Source of the DNA: Oculina patagonica
Taxonomy: Eukaryota
DNA: 64,000 nt
Direction of reading: 5' to 3'
NCBI RefSeq assembly: GCF_052425735.1
Contig: NC_135771.1
Location: 3,596,001 to 3,660,000, forward strand
Shown here in pieces: positions 50,585 to 64,000 of this stretch. Position numbers and translations under genes: made by a program. The notes below the pieces were generated by a model, which was given only the letters and a program-made list of their open reading frames with translations, searched no databases and had not been told where the DNA came from. Numbering within the stretch: the first letter of the stretch is position 1; every line of letters begins with the position of its first letter.

Positions 50585-51958
50585 CTGAAAAGAAATCAAC
50601 AACTCAAAAAAACAATAAACACAAATTAATAAACAGTGCTTCCAAGCTCAACAATCGCATTTCGAACATGTTGTAAATTTATACTTGGGAGAAGAGAGAC
50701 TTTTTCCCGCAGATGTCTCTCCCTTTTTGAAATTTAGTTTTCAAGTATTATTTCGGTTTCATGACTCGTGCAAAGAGTAAATAAGTTACAGGTGTATAAC
50801 TCCCGTATTTAACAAATCAAACCAGAAACGAGTCACATTTCAAATTTTAGATCACGTTTCTGATTTTTGTATAACTAAGTTCCACATTTTATCACTTTTT
50901 TATATGACTTTGTGGTTGAAATGTTTAGGCATAATTTACAGATAACAACTGACTGTACAGATAAAAGATAAAAATATGGCTTCAATGTCCTGTCAACAGA
51001 AGCAATATTAACCAATACATGAACACAAAAGGCCCTGGCTTTAACACACAAATGGATTTTTGTCTTAAAGTAATCTACATGTCAACCTTTTTTAGAATAA
51101 AGAGCACTTACAATCAATATATATTTTGTTTGTTTTATTGTTGTCACTCACATAGATTATTTTGGACACAGAAGTAATCTACATTTCCGATTCAACAATA
51201 CAGCAATATTAAGGTTATTCTTAGCACAAAAGGCATCTGAAAACAAATATTATTTTGTTAAATGTGTTGTTTTTACAGCAAGATGTATTTTTTGCTTCAC
51301 TGTATTCATCAGCATCTCCCATCTTATCATACAACTAAACAAACAATTTTAGTCTAGCATAAAGAAAACAATATTAATTATGTATGGTTGAACTTTCATT
51401 ACTGTCACACACAATTATTTTTTTGGACTTTGTGCTGACAAATCATTTAGAATTATTTTAAGGCAGTTTTACCATAACATCACTTTGAACCAATATTTAT
51501 TACATGTATGAATGTTTGTTTTTGTTTGAATCATGAAGGCGTCATAGAAACCAAAAGTATATCACAAGATATAAATTACATAAATCAAGGTGTATGTTGG
51601 CTGCTGCAGAATTCCACTGATTAGCAAAGACCATATCACTGGTTCACTGGTTGACAATAGTCTGTGGTAAATAAACGTCTTTTACAATTTTAAGCACATA
51701 TACTTCAATGGAGGATTTATTTATTAGACAGTTATTTTCTGCTCAGCAACATGATTGTTTAATGAGTGTGTTAGAATTTTACACCAGGTTACACGTTTTT
51801 TATTTTCTAGATCCAGTAATTATTTAACTAATAACAATATCATAATAATATATTAAGACGACACACGCATGGTGTACATATTACAGCTAATTCTCTCTAC
51901 TGTTTTGAGTAACCTGGACCAAGTAAATAATCCCTTCCCAATCACAGACAAACACATT

Positions 51959-52247
51959 TAAGGTAAGGTAAAGTCTGCATACGAGCCTAGTGGCCCATCA
52001 GGCTGGAGCATATCCGAGTTTCAGTAACAGGAAGCGACTAGGAGTATTTCTACTCCCCCGCGGGGGCGGCCCGGGCCCCCCCAGCAGTAAATTCACAGGT
52101 ACCCATTTATACACCTGGGTGGAGAGAGGCACCATGAGAGTAAAGTGTCTTGCCCAAGAACACAACACAATGACCCCAGCCAGGGCTGGACCCGGACCAC
52201 TCGATCCAGAGTCCAGCTCGCTAACCGTTAGGCCACTGTGCTCCCCA
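51959..52247 (-). mobile_element. tRNA-derived SINE
   Basis: Reverse complement of the SINE family at 16497: tail aaggtaaggtaaag, body ggtacccatttatacacctggg...cttgcccaagaacacaac, head ctaaccgttaggccac. Confidence 0.8.
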
Positions 52248-52796
52248 TCTAAACATTCAGCAACAAATATGAAGTTAAACAAGCATTTGTGTATTAATAA
52301 TTTTGATCCTTGCTATTCCAAAAAATAAAAATATATCATCTTGTAAGCAATTTAAAAAAAAAATCCTCTCACAACAGGCAACTCTATTAGTTGTACATGT
52401 ATTAGCTAAGTTCAAGCTGATTTCCCTTTCCTCCTTTTTCCCCTGTAAACATTTTATGAAGTAAAGCAACCAAATACAATAAGTTTGTTTAGCTGATCAT
52501 TGCAAATTGTCAATAACCGTAAGAATATATAATATTAATATCATAGAGAATAACAACATAATCAGTACCATGAGAACTGTGTAAGAAACTAATTAGATCA
52601 TTGATAATTACTGGTATAATCAATTATAAGAAAATAATTACTTCACAGCAATAGTACAGAGTCAGATAAACCCCATTTAGGGGGTATACTGAATTCTTGC
52701 AAAGTATTTTTAAAACCAAAACTATACATTACAAATTAATTATCTGACAACTGATGGAATTCTCGGCAGTAATCAGTACTATAGTGTTTGTACATG

Positions 52797-55700
52797 TCAT
52801 TCTTTGATAGCCATTTGTGCTTTACTGGTCTGTGGAAGAAAAAATTTCACAACATTAACTCAATTTAGAAACTTGATAAGTCTTCTCATCACTTTTCCTA
52901 TATTAAATTAATTTGAATAAGCACTGCCCTCGATATAGCCTGAAAACTGGCTCTCTCTTTGGGGGCAAGTAAGTGCTTTGGGGGCAATGACAGGCCTGAG
53001 CACCAAGCAAAGTGAGCCCACCAGTGGACTCCTTTTCTTCTGCACGTGTCCTTGCCCTTGAAGCACTTTTGTTACCCCAAAGAGAGAGTCTGCTTGTGGC
53101 GGGTATCAGAGCTGCATATAATTTTTTTCCTTTGAAAGGACATGTGTCCAACTAAGTTACCATTTTTATTGGACAAAACAAAAGTGAGGTCAGACATCAT
53201 ATTACAGTACTGCTCCATACGTGAACCTGCTAATCTAATGCATTGTCAACGCAGAACATTGGTGTTTGCACTGGAAAGCAAAAAAAAAAAAGTTTCCGGA
53301 CATTCTGTCTGACCACAGTCGGAATTTCATAAGACATTAGTAACTTGTAGTAGGCCAGTGTCCAATGTCCGACTGTTATTTGCAGCCCTGCTACCCTTGA
53401 AAAAGCACTGCTACAATAATTATGACAGTTCTCGTTGCCATAGCCAATGTGGCCGTCATTTTTCTTGGAATTAACCATGAGTGTGAAAACCAACCTGTAT
53501 AATAGCTATGATAACACCAAACAGTCCAATGGCACTTCCAAAGATCTCCACAATCAATACCTTGAAAACACACACACAAAAAAAGAACGTCAGAAACTGC
53601 TTAGCATGCAGAAGCATTTTTCCTATCGCCAGTAACACAAAACTACATGATTGTGCTTTGTTCCTTGCCCTCGGGTGGGGGATAGAACCGGCAAAACTAC
53701 ATGTACATTCCAGATAACATGCACTTTACTGGCTGGCTACTTTTCTCTAGGTGAGAAGAGGCAAGTAAAATTATATCTAAAGATTTTTCAGTGATGTGTG
53801 TGATAAGTAGAAAATTTGGGGAAATTTAATTTTAATGTTGACTTGTGCTTGCATGATAAGGGAGCAAAATCCCAAAATTAAAGCTTTTGACCAGTGATTG
53901 TTGGGAAATTTTCTCACTGTTTTGAGATAAAAGCCATTATTACAGGGCTAGACAGTCCATACAAGGAAGTAGTCTATCAGTATGGCCTTTACGCTCCAAA
54001 ATATAATAAGAAGTAATAATCGAACCACACAGACAAAAATAACAGGATTGATAATACCTTGACAAACAAAGATGGATTCTGGGCATCAGCAAGAGCAGCA
54101 CCACTAATACAAAGAAAAAAAAGAATTTTTGTCTAATCAACAAACATTATTTATCATCCTTATTATTATAGTACAAATACACATCAAAGGCAAAAAGTTT
54201 TTATTTTTTATTTTTTTTAGAGGTGCCCATACTATGGCAGGTGTTTTTATAAAGGAGATGTCCAGCTGTGTAATGTTTGTTTCCAATTCATGCCATTTCT
54301 TTTTATATCAAAAAGTGGAGTTCCCCAGCTGCTGGTGAAAGATTTATGTGGCTACTCACCTTCCAACGATTCCCACACAGATACCGCAGAAGAGGTTGGA
54401 AAATCCAACTGTCAAACCAGCACCAAACAGCATGAATCCTGGAAAAACAAAAGCAACTGGTCAATGACATCATTAAAGGGACAATGTCACAGATTTTTGA
54501 ACAGTCAAAATTTATATTTGTGTCATGGCAAACTTGAAAATAATGTCATTTTTATAAACAATTTTTTTAGAGAGTAAAATTTTAAAAGGTTTGTTTGGTG
54601 GGTTTTTAAAGAAACTGTTATTTACAGTCAGGGGTGTCAGTAGATGGTTAACTCCATTCCCAAAGAATGACTGAGCCTGATTTTTTTTGTCTTGCCTGTG
54701 AGCAGGCTTACTTTGGGGGGAACACACCTGCAAGTGGTGAAGCCGTGAGAATGTGCTGCTTGTGTGTTTTGCCCAAATGTGAACTTGTTAGCAGGCTATA
54801 TTTTGTCTTGAAGTTGCCATGATGCATGACAACTTTCTGAGTGCTCTCACGTACATGTTCATGCTCAGGGCTTTCAATATCTGAAGTAGGCGGCTGCCCT
54901 TGTGTGCCAACTGTCAGAGCGCAATATAAGAAGCTGAAAACATCTTCCCTTTTTAGGAAGCTGAATGATTTTTAGCCTGCAGTTTATGACAGAATACCCA
55001 CCAGAGCTCTGGTCGGTCGCAGGTCTTATTGAAAGCTCTACATTCAACAATTTGACTAGATAATAAAAATAATATTGAAAACTAAACCAGTACATGTATT
55101 TCATTAAAGAATGCTCATTCCCCCTGACCGACAATGCTATATCTACAAAGAACTATTACTTCACTACTATCAGAGCTGTGCTCTAACAGAGACCAGTTGC
55201 CACAGGTGACTCCCTTTTGTCTTTGGGTAACCTGACTGTATAATTTTGCTATCATGAAAGCTTTTAAGAGCTGAGCACCCAAGATTTCTTACATAAGAGC
55301 CTTTGGGCACCCTGCAACTATTCTAAGAGCACGGCTTTGACTATTATTTCAAAATTCCACAGAATTCTGCAAAATATGACAGTCAATTAAAAATAAAAAT
55401 GTAGTATTACTGTCAAATACAGGTCTGGCAACAAATTACCTGAATTATGGACCTGTATTATGTCCTCAAGTTTTGAGAGTTTATCCACATCAACATTCTA
55501 TGATCAAAAGTTAAAGGAAGAAATTACCTTTACAATAATCGTACAAATGGTTACACATTTAAAGTCTGGCAATTCTGAGCACAATGGTTAATACAGGCAG
55601 TGCCTACAAAAACACAGGAGTGTGGCTGCATTTTGTAATATTAAGGATACATTACCTAATAGACCCAATTCCTTCTCCCCACTGGGGAAATTGTAATGAG

Positions 55701-58700
55701 GATAAACGACTTTATTGCTGCAGAGCCTTAGCGAGGTTATTTTTTATTATTACCCATTAATACAAAGGGAAGAGAAAGTTTCATAAGGAACACACTCGAT
55801 TTGACTTTTTGACAAAACTTTTATGATTTTTTTTTTGCGAGAGGGAGACACTTGACAGTAATTAAACAGATAAACTTGGGCCCTCAGAAAAAGTAAATGA
55901 AGAAAAATAAAAATAACAGAAGTATAACAAACTGTCAATCAACTCTGGATCTTAATCAAGCTCATTGTCTTAATCATAAGATTTGTGTGCCACTAAACAG
56001 AAGTGCATAAATATACAGTAAATTTTTACTCTGTGTGCAGAAAACTATACAGGGGGGAAATTAGTCAGACAACCTTTTATCAAAGGTTGTTTTCAAAAGA
56101 CTCTTTGTACCTAGGAAAATAAATACATTACAGCTGTGGGATCATCATTTTCTTACCGCCACAAAGTTGCTAAGAACAATGGACATGATAATCCCATAAA
56201 TTGCAACCGCTTCACAAAAGATTATACTGGAATAATAAAAGCAGGAAAATCAGTAACTACAATGAAGAGAATTGTATGTAAAGCACCAACCCGTGAAACA
56301 AGGCCAGACACCAGGAACTCCATGCCCTACTCATGCCCTACGCTTTGCGATAAGTGTGTGGGTTATTTAACGTCCCCTGCTGACCATAACACTGAACATG
56401 CAGGAGACAGGGCCTAGGGTTTGTCGTCCTTATCCAAGAAGACTAGAATATCTAATTTTCCACAGGGTGTTGAAATCCCAATGCATGAAATTACTTTCAC
56501 ATAAAGTACAATGTTATAGACAATATTTAAGTCGCAAATTACTCACCTGATAAGATTTTTTGTTTTGATTCTTGGTGCTTTTACACCTCCTCCACAAATA
56601 CTGGAACCAGTGATGAGAATTCCCCTAAAAAATAAAAATAAAAACAAATCAAATTCTGAGAAATACATGTATGAAGCTTTTTAGTCAGTTATTAACAAAA
56701 AGCATTCCTTATGCACCCACTGGCATGATGAGAATTGAATTTGATGATGATGATGATGATGATGATGAAGATTATGAATGTCAAATATTAGTTTAAAATT
56801 ATTAAATAAATGTAATTAATGTAAATTAACACAATGTCATTGTAAGTGTACAGTACTGTTGTTGTTGTTGCTGTTACTACTGTTACTGCAGTAAAATTTA
56901 GCATAAAATACTGACATTACTTAGCTGAAGAAGTTTCTTTGAATATTATAGAATTCAAATGAAAGCTATTACAGTACCGCTGTGTACCACCGGGAGGACG
57001 GGGGCGCGGGAGTCCGGTGACGGACGAGTTTCGCCTCTGTGTGTCTCGGACTCACCGACTCCCAGCGGGGGGCACGGTCTTGGCATGGCTGGGACACTGG
57101 CTGATCAGGGGTGCGGCGATCCTCCGGATCGGCGGACTCGAGGGGGCGCCGGTCGCGCGGGCAGGAGATGGCAGGAGTAGCGGGGGGGGTCCTGGGGGAC
57201 GGGCGGGGGGATCTGGCGGGGGGGACCCCACTGGAGGATGCGGGGCGGGATGCGGGAGTGGACGGCGGGGGCGAGGGACGGGGGTGGGAGACACCAGAGC
57301 GGGGAGGGGGGCGGGGGAGAACGGAGGGAGGCGGAAGCGACGGGAAGGAGGGGGGGGGGGGGGGGGAGGGAGGGGAGCGGACGTACTTATTATGCCTTAA
57401 ATACAAGGTGGTTCAAGTTCTTACATCTTTGGATAAAATCCCGGGGAATGACCATTGAAATGAAGACTAGTGAGTAGAAGTAAGCTGTGGTTCAATTTTA
57501 TCCTTGGTTCAAATTTTCTTTAAAGGAAAATAAAATTTAAACCAAGGCTATATTTATTATGCTACACAAATTGGTTACAAATTTTGCATCTAATGATTGT
57601 ACCATAGCTGTGAACATTCTCAAATGAAATTCAGGATTTGAACTAACGTACCAAGTCCCTGAAGAGTGAAAAGGTTTAACCGTGCAAATAAAGAACTTAC
57701 CATGCTGCACCAACCACAGACAGAGATATTGCAAGTCCTATTCCAAGAGATGCCCACATAAATGGGGACGTTTTATCCAAGAACCTAATTTAAAATCAAA
57801 TCAATAAATTTACTCATTACCCTTTTACTTCAACATAGAATCAAACAAATTACAACACTGCTAGAAATATTCAAGATCCTTTCATGGAAATATAGTGTTG
57901 ATTTAAAAATCATAAAAAAAGATCCACAGTAAAACAACACAACTGCACTATCTTGAAAATACTAAAATTGGGGTCAGGATTTGATATAACAAATTCTTGA
58001 AAAATTCTGACACTGATTTTGATGAACGTAAAACAACGTTCATAATAAATTTACTAAAAGATTTTTCGGCTGATAACCTTCAGCCTTCGAAGGTTGTAGG
58101 TCGAAACATCTTTTAGTAAGCTTATTATGAACATTGTTTTACATTCATCAAAGCCAGTGTCAGAAATTTCAAGAATTTGTTATGTTTGTTGAATAATATT
58201 TTTTTATTTCACAATATAAATGCGGGGCCCATGTCAGTAAAATTTAATCATAATCAAATGCAGGCAAAAAATGCAGTACTGTTGCTTACATTTGTATGGG
58301 GCTAGTGTTTTTGTAACTTTCATTATTTATAATTCTGAAATTATGGGAACTAGCATCAATAAACACATTTTCAATTCATTTTTATCAATTGGTTGTATTT
58401 TCTTTGCCTTGAGGCTTGCAAATGATGGTAAACTAATAAAAAATAAACTACCATATACTAAAATAGAAAATTATTTAATAATTTCCAGAAAAGGGGCATC
58501 AATTTTAAGTTTTAAAAGACATGTTATATCATTGTCAGTAACAAATATGATGTTAAATTTGATTTCAAATTTAACCAACATTAATTTGTTACTGAGGCTG
58601 ACAGAACTTCTGTCAAAACATGTCATTTAAACTTAAAAACGTTGTCCTTTTTCTGAATAACTTACGACATTTTGGTTTAAAAGATAAGTTAAAGATGTAT

Positions 58701-59027
58701 ATTTTAAAAAATAAAATACATGTTAAAATTGGGGTGTTTCTAATGTCCTTTATATGTTATGAAAACGGAAAAGGTATAAAAAGAACCAGTCCGGAAAACT
58801 ACTCAAAACTTACCATCCTATATCAAATCTTGTTCCAAGTCCAGAAAGATTGTAATACAGACCTGCGCGAAATTATAAACATTCATGATTCACAAATTAA
58901 GCCGCCATCTTGAATGCTCGCCAAAGAACACAAATTACATTCACTTACCGACACAAATCAGGAGGAAAAGGGTCAAAGAGTACACTACAGAGTAGTATCC
59001 TAGATTGGAGCTCGCTACGTAAGGCAT
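52797..59027 (-). CDS. ATP6V0B: V-type proton ATPase 21 kDa proteolipid subunit c'', 10 coding exons
   Basis: Approximate exons: 59027-58949 ([26 protein letters not shown]), 58862-58814 ([17 protein letters not shown]), 57784-57701 ([28 protein letters not shown]), 56624-56547 ([26 protein letters not shown]), 56226-56157 ([17 protein letters not shown]), 55497-55440, 54438-54360 ([26 protein letters not shown]), 54103-54058 ([15 protein letters not shown]), 53560-53495 ([22 protein letters not shown]), 52829-52797 ([10 protein letters not shown]). Confidence 0.95.
54692..54798. mobile_element. Degenerate TAGCCTG...CAGGCTA mini-element
   Basis: ttgcctg...caggcta; TSD ttttttgtc / tattttgtc. 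Confidence 0.55.
57986..58183. repeat. ~200-bp imperfect palindrome in ATP6V0B intron 2
   Basis: ataacaaattcttgaaaaattctgacactg... / ...cagtgtcagaaatttcaagaatttgttat. Confidence 0.75.
58901..58912 (-). promoter_or_regulatory. YY1 consensus site in ATP6V0B intron 1
   Basis: gccgccatcttg, i.e. CAAGATGGCGGC on the minus strand. Confidence 0.55.
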
Positions 59028-59222
59028 AATTGTTTTAAATGCTTCAAAAAAGACACTTTCCTAAAATCAATTTTTACTCTCTCATCTCGCCTTCTCATGT
59101 GACAAGACAGATGCTCGGGACTATGTAGCCTGGCCTGTTTTAATTCACCCCAGTTTTCACGCGGGCAGAGTGAGAAGAGGAGATCTCTTTCAGCTTCTTT
59201 CGGTAAAGAAGTTCTAAAGAAG

Positions 59223-59349
59223 TAGCCTGCCTGCGAGCAGGCTCTCCGGCCGAGCGAACAAAAAGGAGAAAAAAGGAAAAGGATATCATTTCCTATCCTT
59301 TTTCTTTTCTTTTTCCTTTTTTTCGCTCGGAGAGCCTGTTTGCAGGCTA
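59223..59349. mobile_element. TAGCCTG...CAGGCTA mini-element upstream of ATP6V0B
   Basis: tagcctgc..gagcaggctctcc / ggagagcctgtttgcaggcta; TSD ctaaagaag / gtaaagaag. Confidence 0.7.
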
Positions 59350-59813
59350 GTAAAGAAGCTCTCCAATGCCAGCATGAGATGATTCTAAAAAATGGTATTT
59401 TTAATGGAAGAATCGGATGGTTGAAACAGTGGTGCACGGGAAAAAAAGAGTAATTTGAAATGCCATCCGTAAATTAAAATGACGCCATGACTTGTGGTGT
59501 TCAACTGTCCTGGAATTTACGGATTACAAGTTAGTCCGTAAGTCTCTTCATGTCAGAGGGTCGTGAGGCAGGTAAGAGTTTAAATCCCATTTCCCGGCCC
59601 AACTTTGCCCCAAGCCCATTTTCCCCGTGCCCAAATCGCAGTTCCCGTTTAACCCCGCATGGTTTTCTGGTCGCAAATAGGATCTGTGGATAAGCTATTT
59701 TTAATGGGGAAGGGGAGGGAGTTCACAATTGCATAAATTGTGGCGTTACATATAATCTCTATATGACAGTATACTCTGTCTGGTCTGTTGATCATTACTT
59801 TTTTGTATGTGGT

Positions 59814-59829
59814 GGCTCCTAAAGGAGCC
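59814..59829 (-). promoter_or_regulatory. Histone 3' stem-loop (H1)
   Basis: AAAAA-GGCTCC TTTA GGAGCC-ACCA. Confidence 0.9.
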
Positions 59830-59857
59830 TTTTTGTTTATTGTAGAATGGCCGCACT

Positions 59858-60426
59858 TTACTTCTTAGCCGAGGTTTTCTTGGCTGCGGCTTTCTTGGCG
59901 GGCTTTTTCGCTGCGGGTTTTTTGGCCGCTTTCTTGGCGGGCTTTTTAGCTGCGGGCTTCTTCGCTGCTGGCTTTTTAGCTGCGGGTTTCTTTGCTGCTG
60001 GTTTTTTAGCCGCGGGTTTCTTTGCAGCCTTCTTCGCCGCTGGTTTCTTCGCTGCCTTCTTGGCGGCGGGCTTCTTTGGTTTGGCGGCGGGCTCTTCTTT
60101 GCAGCGGGCTTCTTCTTCGGTTTCTTTTCCTTCTTTGTCGGATCCACCTTAGGCAACTTGAAGGAACCTGAAGCACCAACTCCCTTGGTGTGCACAAGTA
60201 CTCCTTTGTCAGCGCCTCTCTTCAAGGCCGTTTTCAAGTGCGAGCCGACCTCACCAACCTTGTAGTTAGCTTTGATGTATTTCTCGATGGCTTGGCGGGA
60301 AGAACCGCTTCGCTCCTTCAGCGCTTTTATTGCAGCCTTGATCATCTCTATATAAGGTGGATGTTCGGCTGGTTTTGCCGGCTTTTTTGCCGGCTTCTTA
60401 GCTGGGGACTTTGCTGCTTCGGGCAT
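59858..60426 (-). CDS. H1: Histone H1, replication-dependent type, with an apparent 1-bp frameshift at ~60093
   Basis: Globular domain [30 protein letters not shown]...[11 protein letters not shown]. The KKPAAKK-rich tail continues in another frame to TAA at 59858-59860. A stem-loop follows. Confidence 0.9.
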
Positions 60427-62051
60427 GTTGCAACTTTAGAAGACTTAATCACTTCGGACTAAAGACTTAAAATGTTCATTAGAAAATGCGCAAGTAAATT
60501 ATATGCGTCGGATGCGGACCACCGAGGAAACAATGCTAGAGAAAATGGCGTCCCCTTATTTTGTGCTAGTTTGCTTGGCGTTTTATCTAATAAAAAAATG
60601 CTTACCACTGAGATTTATTCAATCTTAGCCTTACATTTTGAAGCTGGGATAATGCTTTAGTTGAAGACACAGAACATATTAGAACAAAGGCTGGCGAAGA
60701 AGGAAAAAGAAAGCTTGAAAGTTTCCAAGACAAGCACATTGTAAAGAACATGTTGTTTTTGTAGCGAATTAATTCTTGTTTAGTTTACTATTCTTCAAAT
60801 TATATAGCATTTTATGAAAGAAGAACTCCTAAAGCTTAAGTTATGTTTAGAAAATTTGGCCTTATGCTTAATTTTCAATTGCTAAACTTCGCTTTTACTT
60901 CAATAACAAGGACAAACTCCTAACAGCGCCATTTCAAGTTACCGGCTATTCTTATTATTCCGGCACCCAACCAAATAGGTCTTCGCGTATATGTTGTCTG
61001 AGTTGGTGAAAATCAAACATTCTCAAAAATGCAGAGTATTAAACATGAGAAAAGTAGATTTGCACCGAAATCTACAATCCTTCAATGTAGTAAAAAGAAA
61101 CAGCGAAACAGCGATGACACTAGCTACTCAGATAACGCAATACACTGAACTACACAAGCCTTTCATGTCGCGCGCATATAAATGAATAGCGCAAATTCAT
61201 CTTTCAAGCGTTTCTTGTCGGATATTAGGCATGCTATCCCTTAAGTTGTTATTTGTATCTGGAACACTTCAAGTAGAACTTTACTTCAAAGGAAATGATA
61301 TGAGATTTATTATTATTATTTAGTGATGAGGATTGCAAGCGTTTATTTGCATCATACTTAGTTTGCATATATCATGCGCCAAATTTCGTTACGCTACTGA
61401 ACTCCACGCAAAGAGTTTGAAAGTCAAATCGGCTGTAATAGTAAACTTCAAAAATGCTACAAATATACAGAAAGATGGTACATTATTCCTAAACTTTAAA
61501 CTTACTTATTTCTCTACATTGAGAGTTTTTACTTACGGGCGCCATTTACTGAAACCTGATCGCGTCCATCACTGAACGTGGCGCCAAAAATTCCTTAGGA
61601 AATGACTCCCAGATCCAGTAGAGTGAGAACTGAAAAAGGGTAAAAACTCACATATCGAGTAATAAAATGTGTTTATTTCTTACAACTGAAAGAGCTAGGG
61701 AACACGACTAATAAAAGCGTTTCACGGATATAAATTTGCAGAAAAACCGGACCAACTAGGGAGCACGCGCTCGAGTTTTATATTGAAGGCAAACTGGTGG
61801 AACATATAGCGCCAAACTTTCTGCTTGTATAAAGGTTGTTAGAAATTCTGTTTGTTAACTCAAAAGGTTTTGCTACAGCATCTGATTTGATCATTAAAAA
61901 CATTACAAAAGCATTTCCAAAAATGGAGAATAAGCGAGGAAATATTTAAGGTAAAGATAATATAAAGAGTCAGCTTTTATCAACAACAGCAGTAAGGGAA
62001 TGGGAAAAGTTTCATGATTTTTATGTTGGTCATTGCTTTTATTGATTTGGT

Positions 62052-62067
62052 GGCTCCTAAAGGAGCC
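62052..62067 (-). promoter_or_regulatory. Histone 3' stem-loop (H3)
   Basis: CAAAC-GGCTCC TTTA GGAGCC-ACCA. Confidence 0.9.
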
Positions 62068-62094
62068 GTTTGTTTTGTGAGGGATGTTATCCAC

Positions 62095-63325
<1,231 letters not shown>

Positions 63326-63349
63326 ACTGTACTACCAACACAAACAAAC

Positions 63350-63365
63350 GGCTCCTTTAGGAGCC
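63350..63365 (+). promoter_or_regulatory. Histone 3' stem-loop (H4)
   Basis: CAAAC-GGCTCC TTTA GGAGCC-ACCA. Confidence 0.9.
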
Positions 63366-64000
63366 ACCAAATCTCTCAAAAGTCACGATCAATAGAATAG
63401 TCAGTGTGAATGCTCTTCCAAAAGAAACCCTAGAAGTTATTTCAGTAGTATTAAAGTTCGAAACAACGAATAAAACTAACTGCAACCTTTAACGCACTTT
63501 TCTTACGATCGATTACGAGATATTAAAATAGTTTCCCTGTTCCTTTTTTTACAACCTTAGCTATGATAAACTAGTATTTGATCTTAATGGCATCAAATAA
63601 AAGTTCAACCGCGCTTAAGGAATACACGCACTCTTTACTGCGAACAAATTTCGCAAGCAAAATAAATTTTGTTCTGATTTGTTGTTACAAGCTATTGTAT
63701 TTTCGAAATCAGAAGTTGCATGAAATTGAGTAGGCGCATAGTTGAAGATTTTAGTTTAGTCCTCATCTGTTTAGTGAAAAACTGTCTAAATGTCGTTTAT
63801 TTTTGCAGACATAAAAATCAGTACGTCTAAGTATTAAACGTAAAACTTCCCAATAAAAGTATTTGGTAGCGATTGAGTTCGTTATACACTACGCAATGTG
63901 GTCGAATTTTAATTTAAGCGCCTTTTCTTTCATTAGCGTATCCGCGCGCACTGTCGCGTGAACTATATTGTCTATATTAGCATAATAAAGAATGAGAGCT

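Noticed and set aside
56959-57477. Pro- and Gly-rich ORFs in the GC island
   Set aside because: High GC content removes stop codons; the segment is intronic and shows no recognisable homology.

Overview
AT-rich, intron-rich animal genomic DNA. The repeat types and gene content suggest a cnidarian such as a stony coral (inference). From left to right: (1) a multi-exon KRI1 gene on the minus strand, with its 3' end off the left edge, head-to-head with PIGG on the plus strand across a 252-bp bidirectional promoter; (2) five intronless 4-EF-hand calmodulin-like genes (three minus, one of them frameshifted, and two plus) in a mirror-symmetric arrangement; (3) a 10-exon ATP6V0B gene on the minus strand; (4) the edge of a replication-dependent histone cluster (frameshifted H1, H3, H4). 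The three histone 3' stem-loops share a non-canonical C-G top pair. The mobile DNA includes a hammerhead-ribozyme retrozyme/Penelope-type repeat (tandem plus inverted, flanked by a 267-bp duplication) in a KRI1 intron, a DIRS1-type element with intact ITR/ICR but a decayed coding interior, a 2.3-kb foldback element with a 9-bp TSD, a truncated Penelope-like element, an RTE LINE fragment, tRNA-derived SINEs and many MITEs. There is one 155-N gap. Exon boundaries were read by eye and may be off by a few bases.
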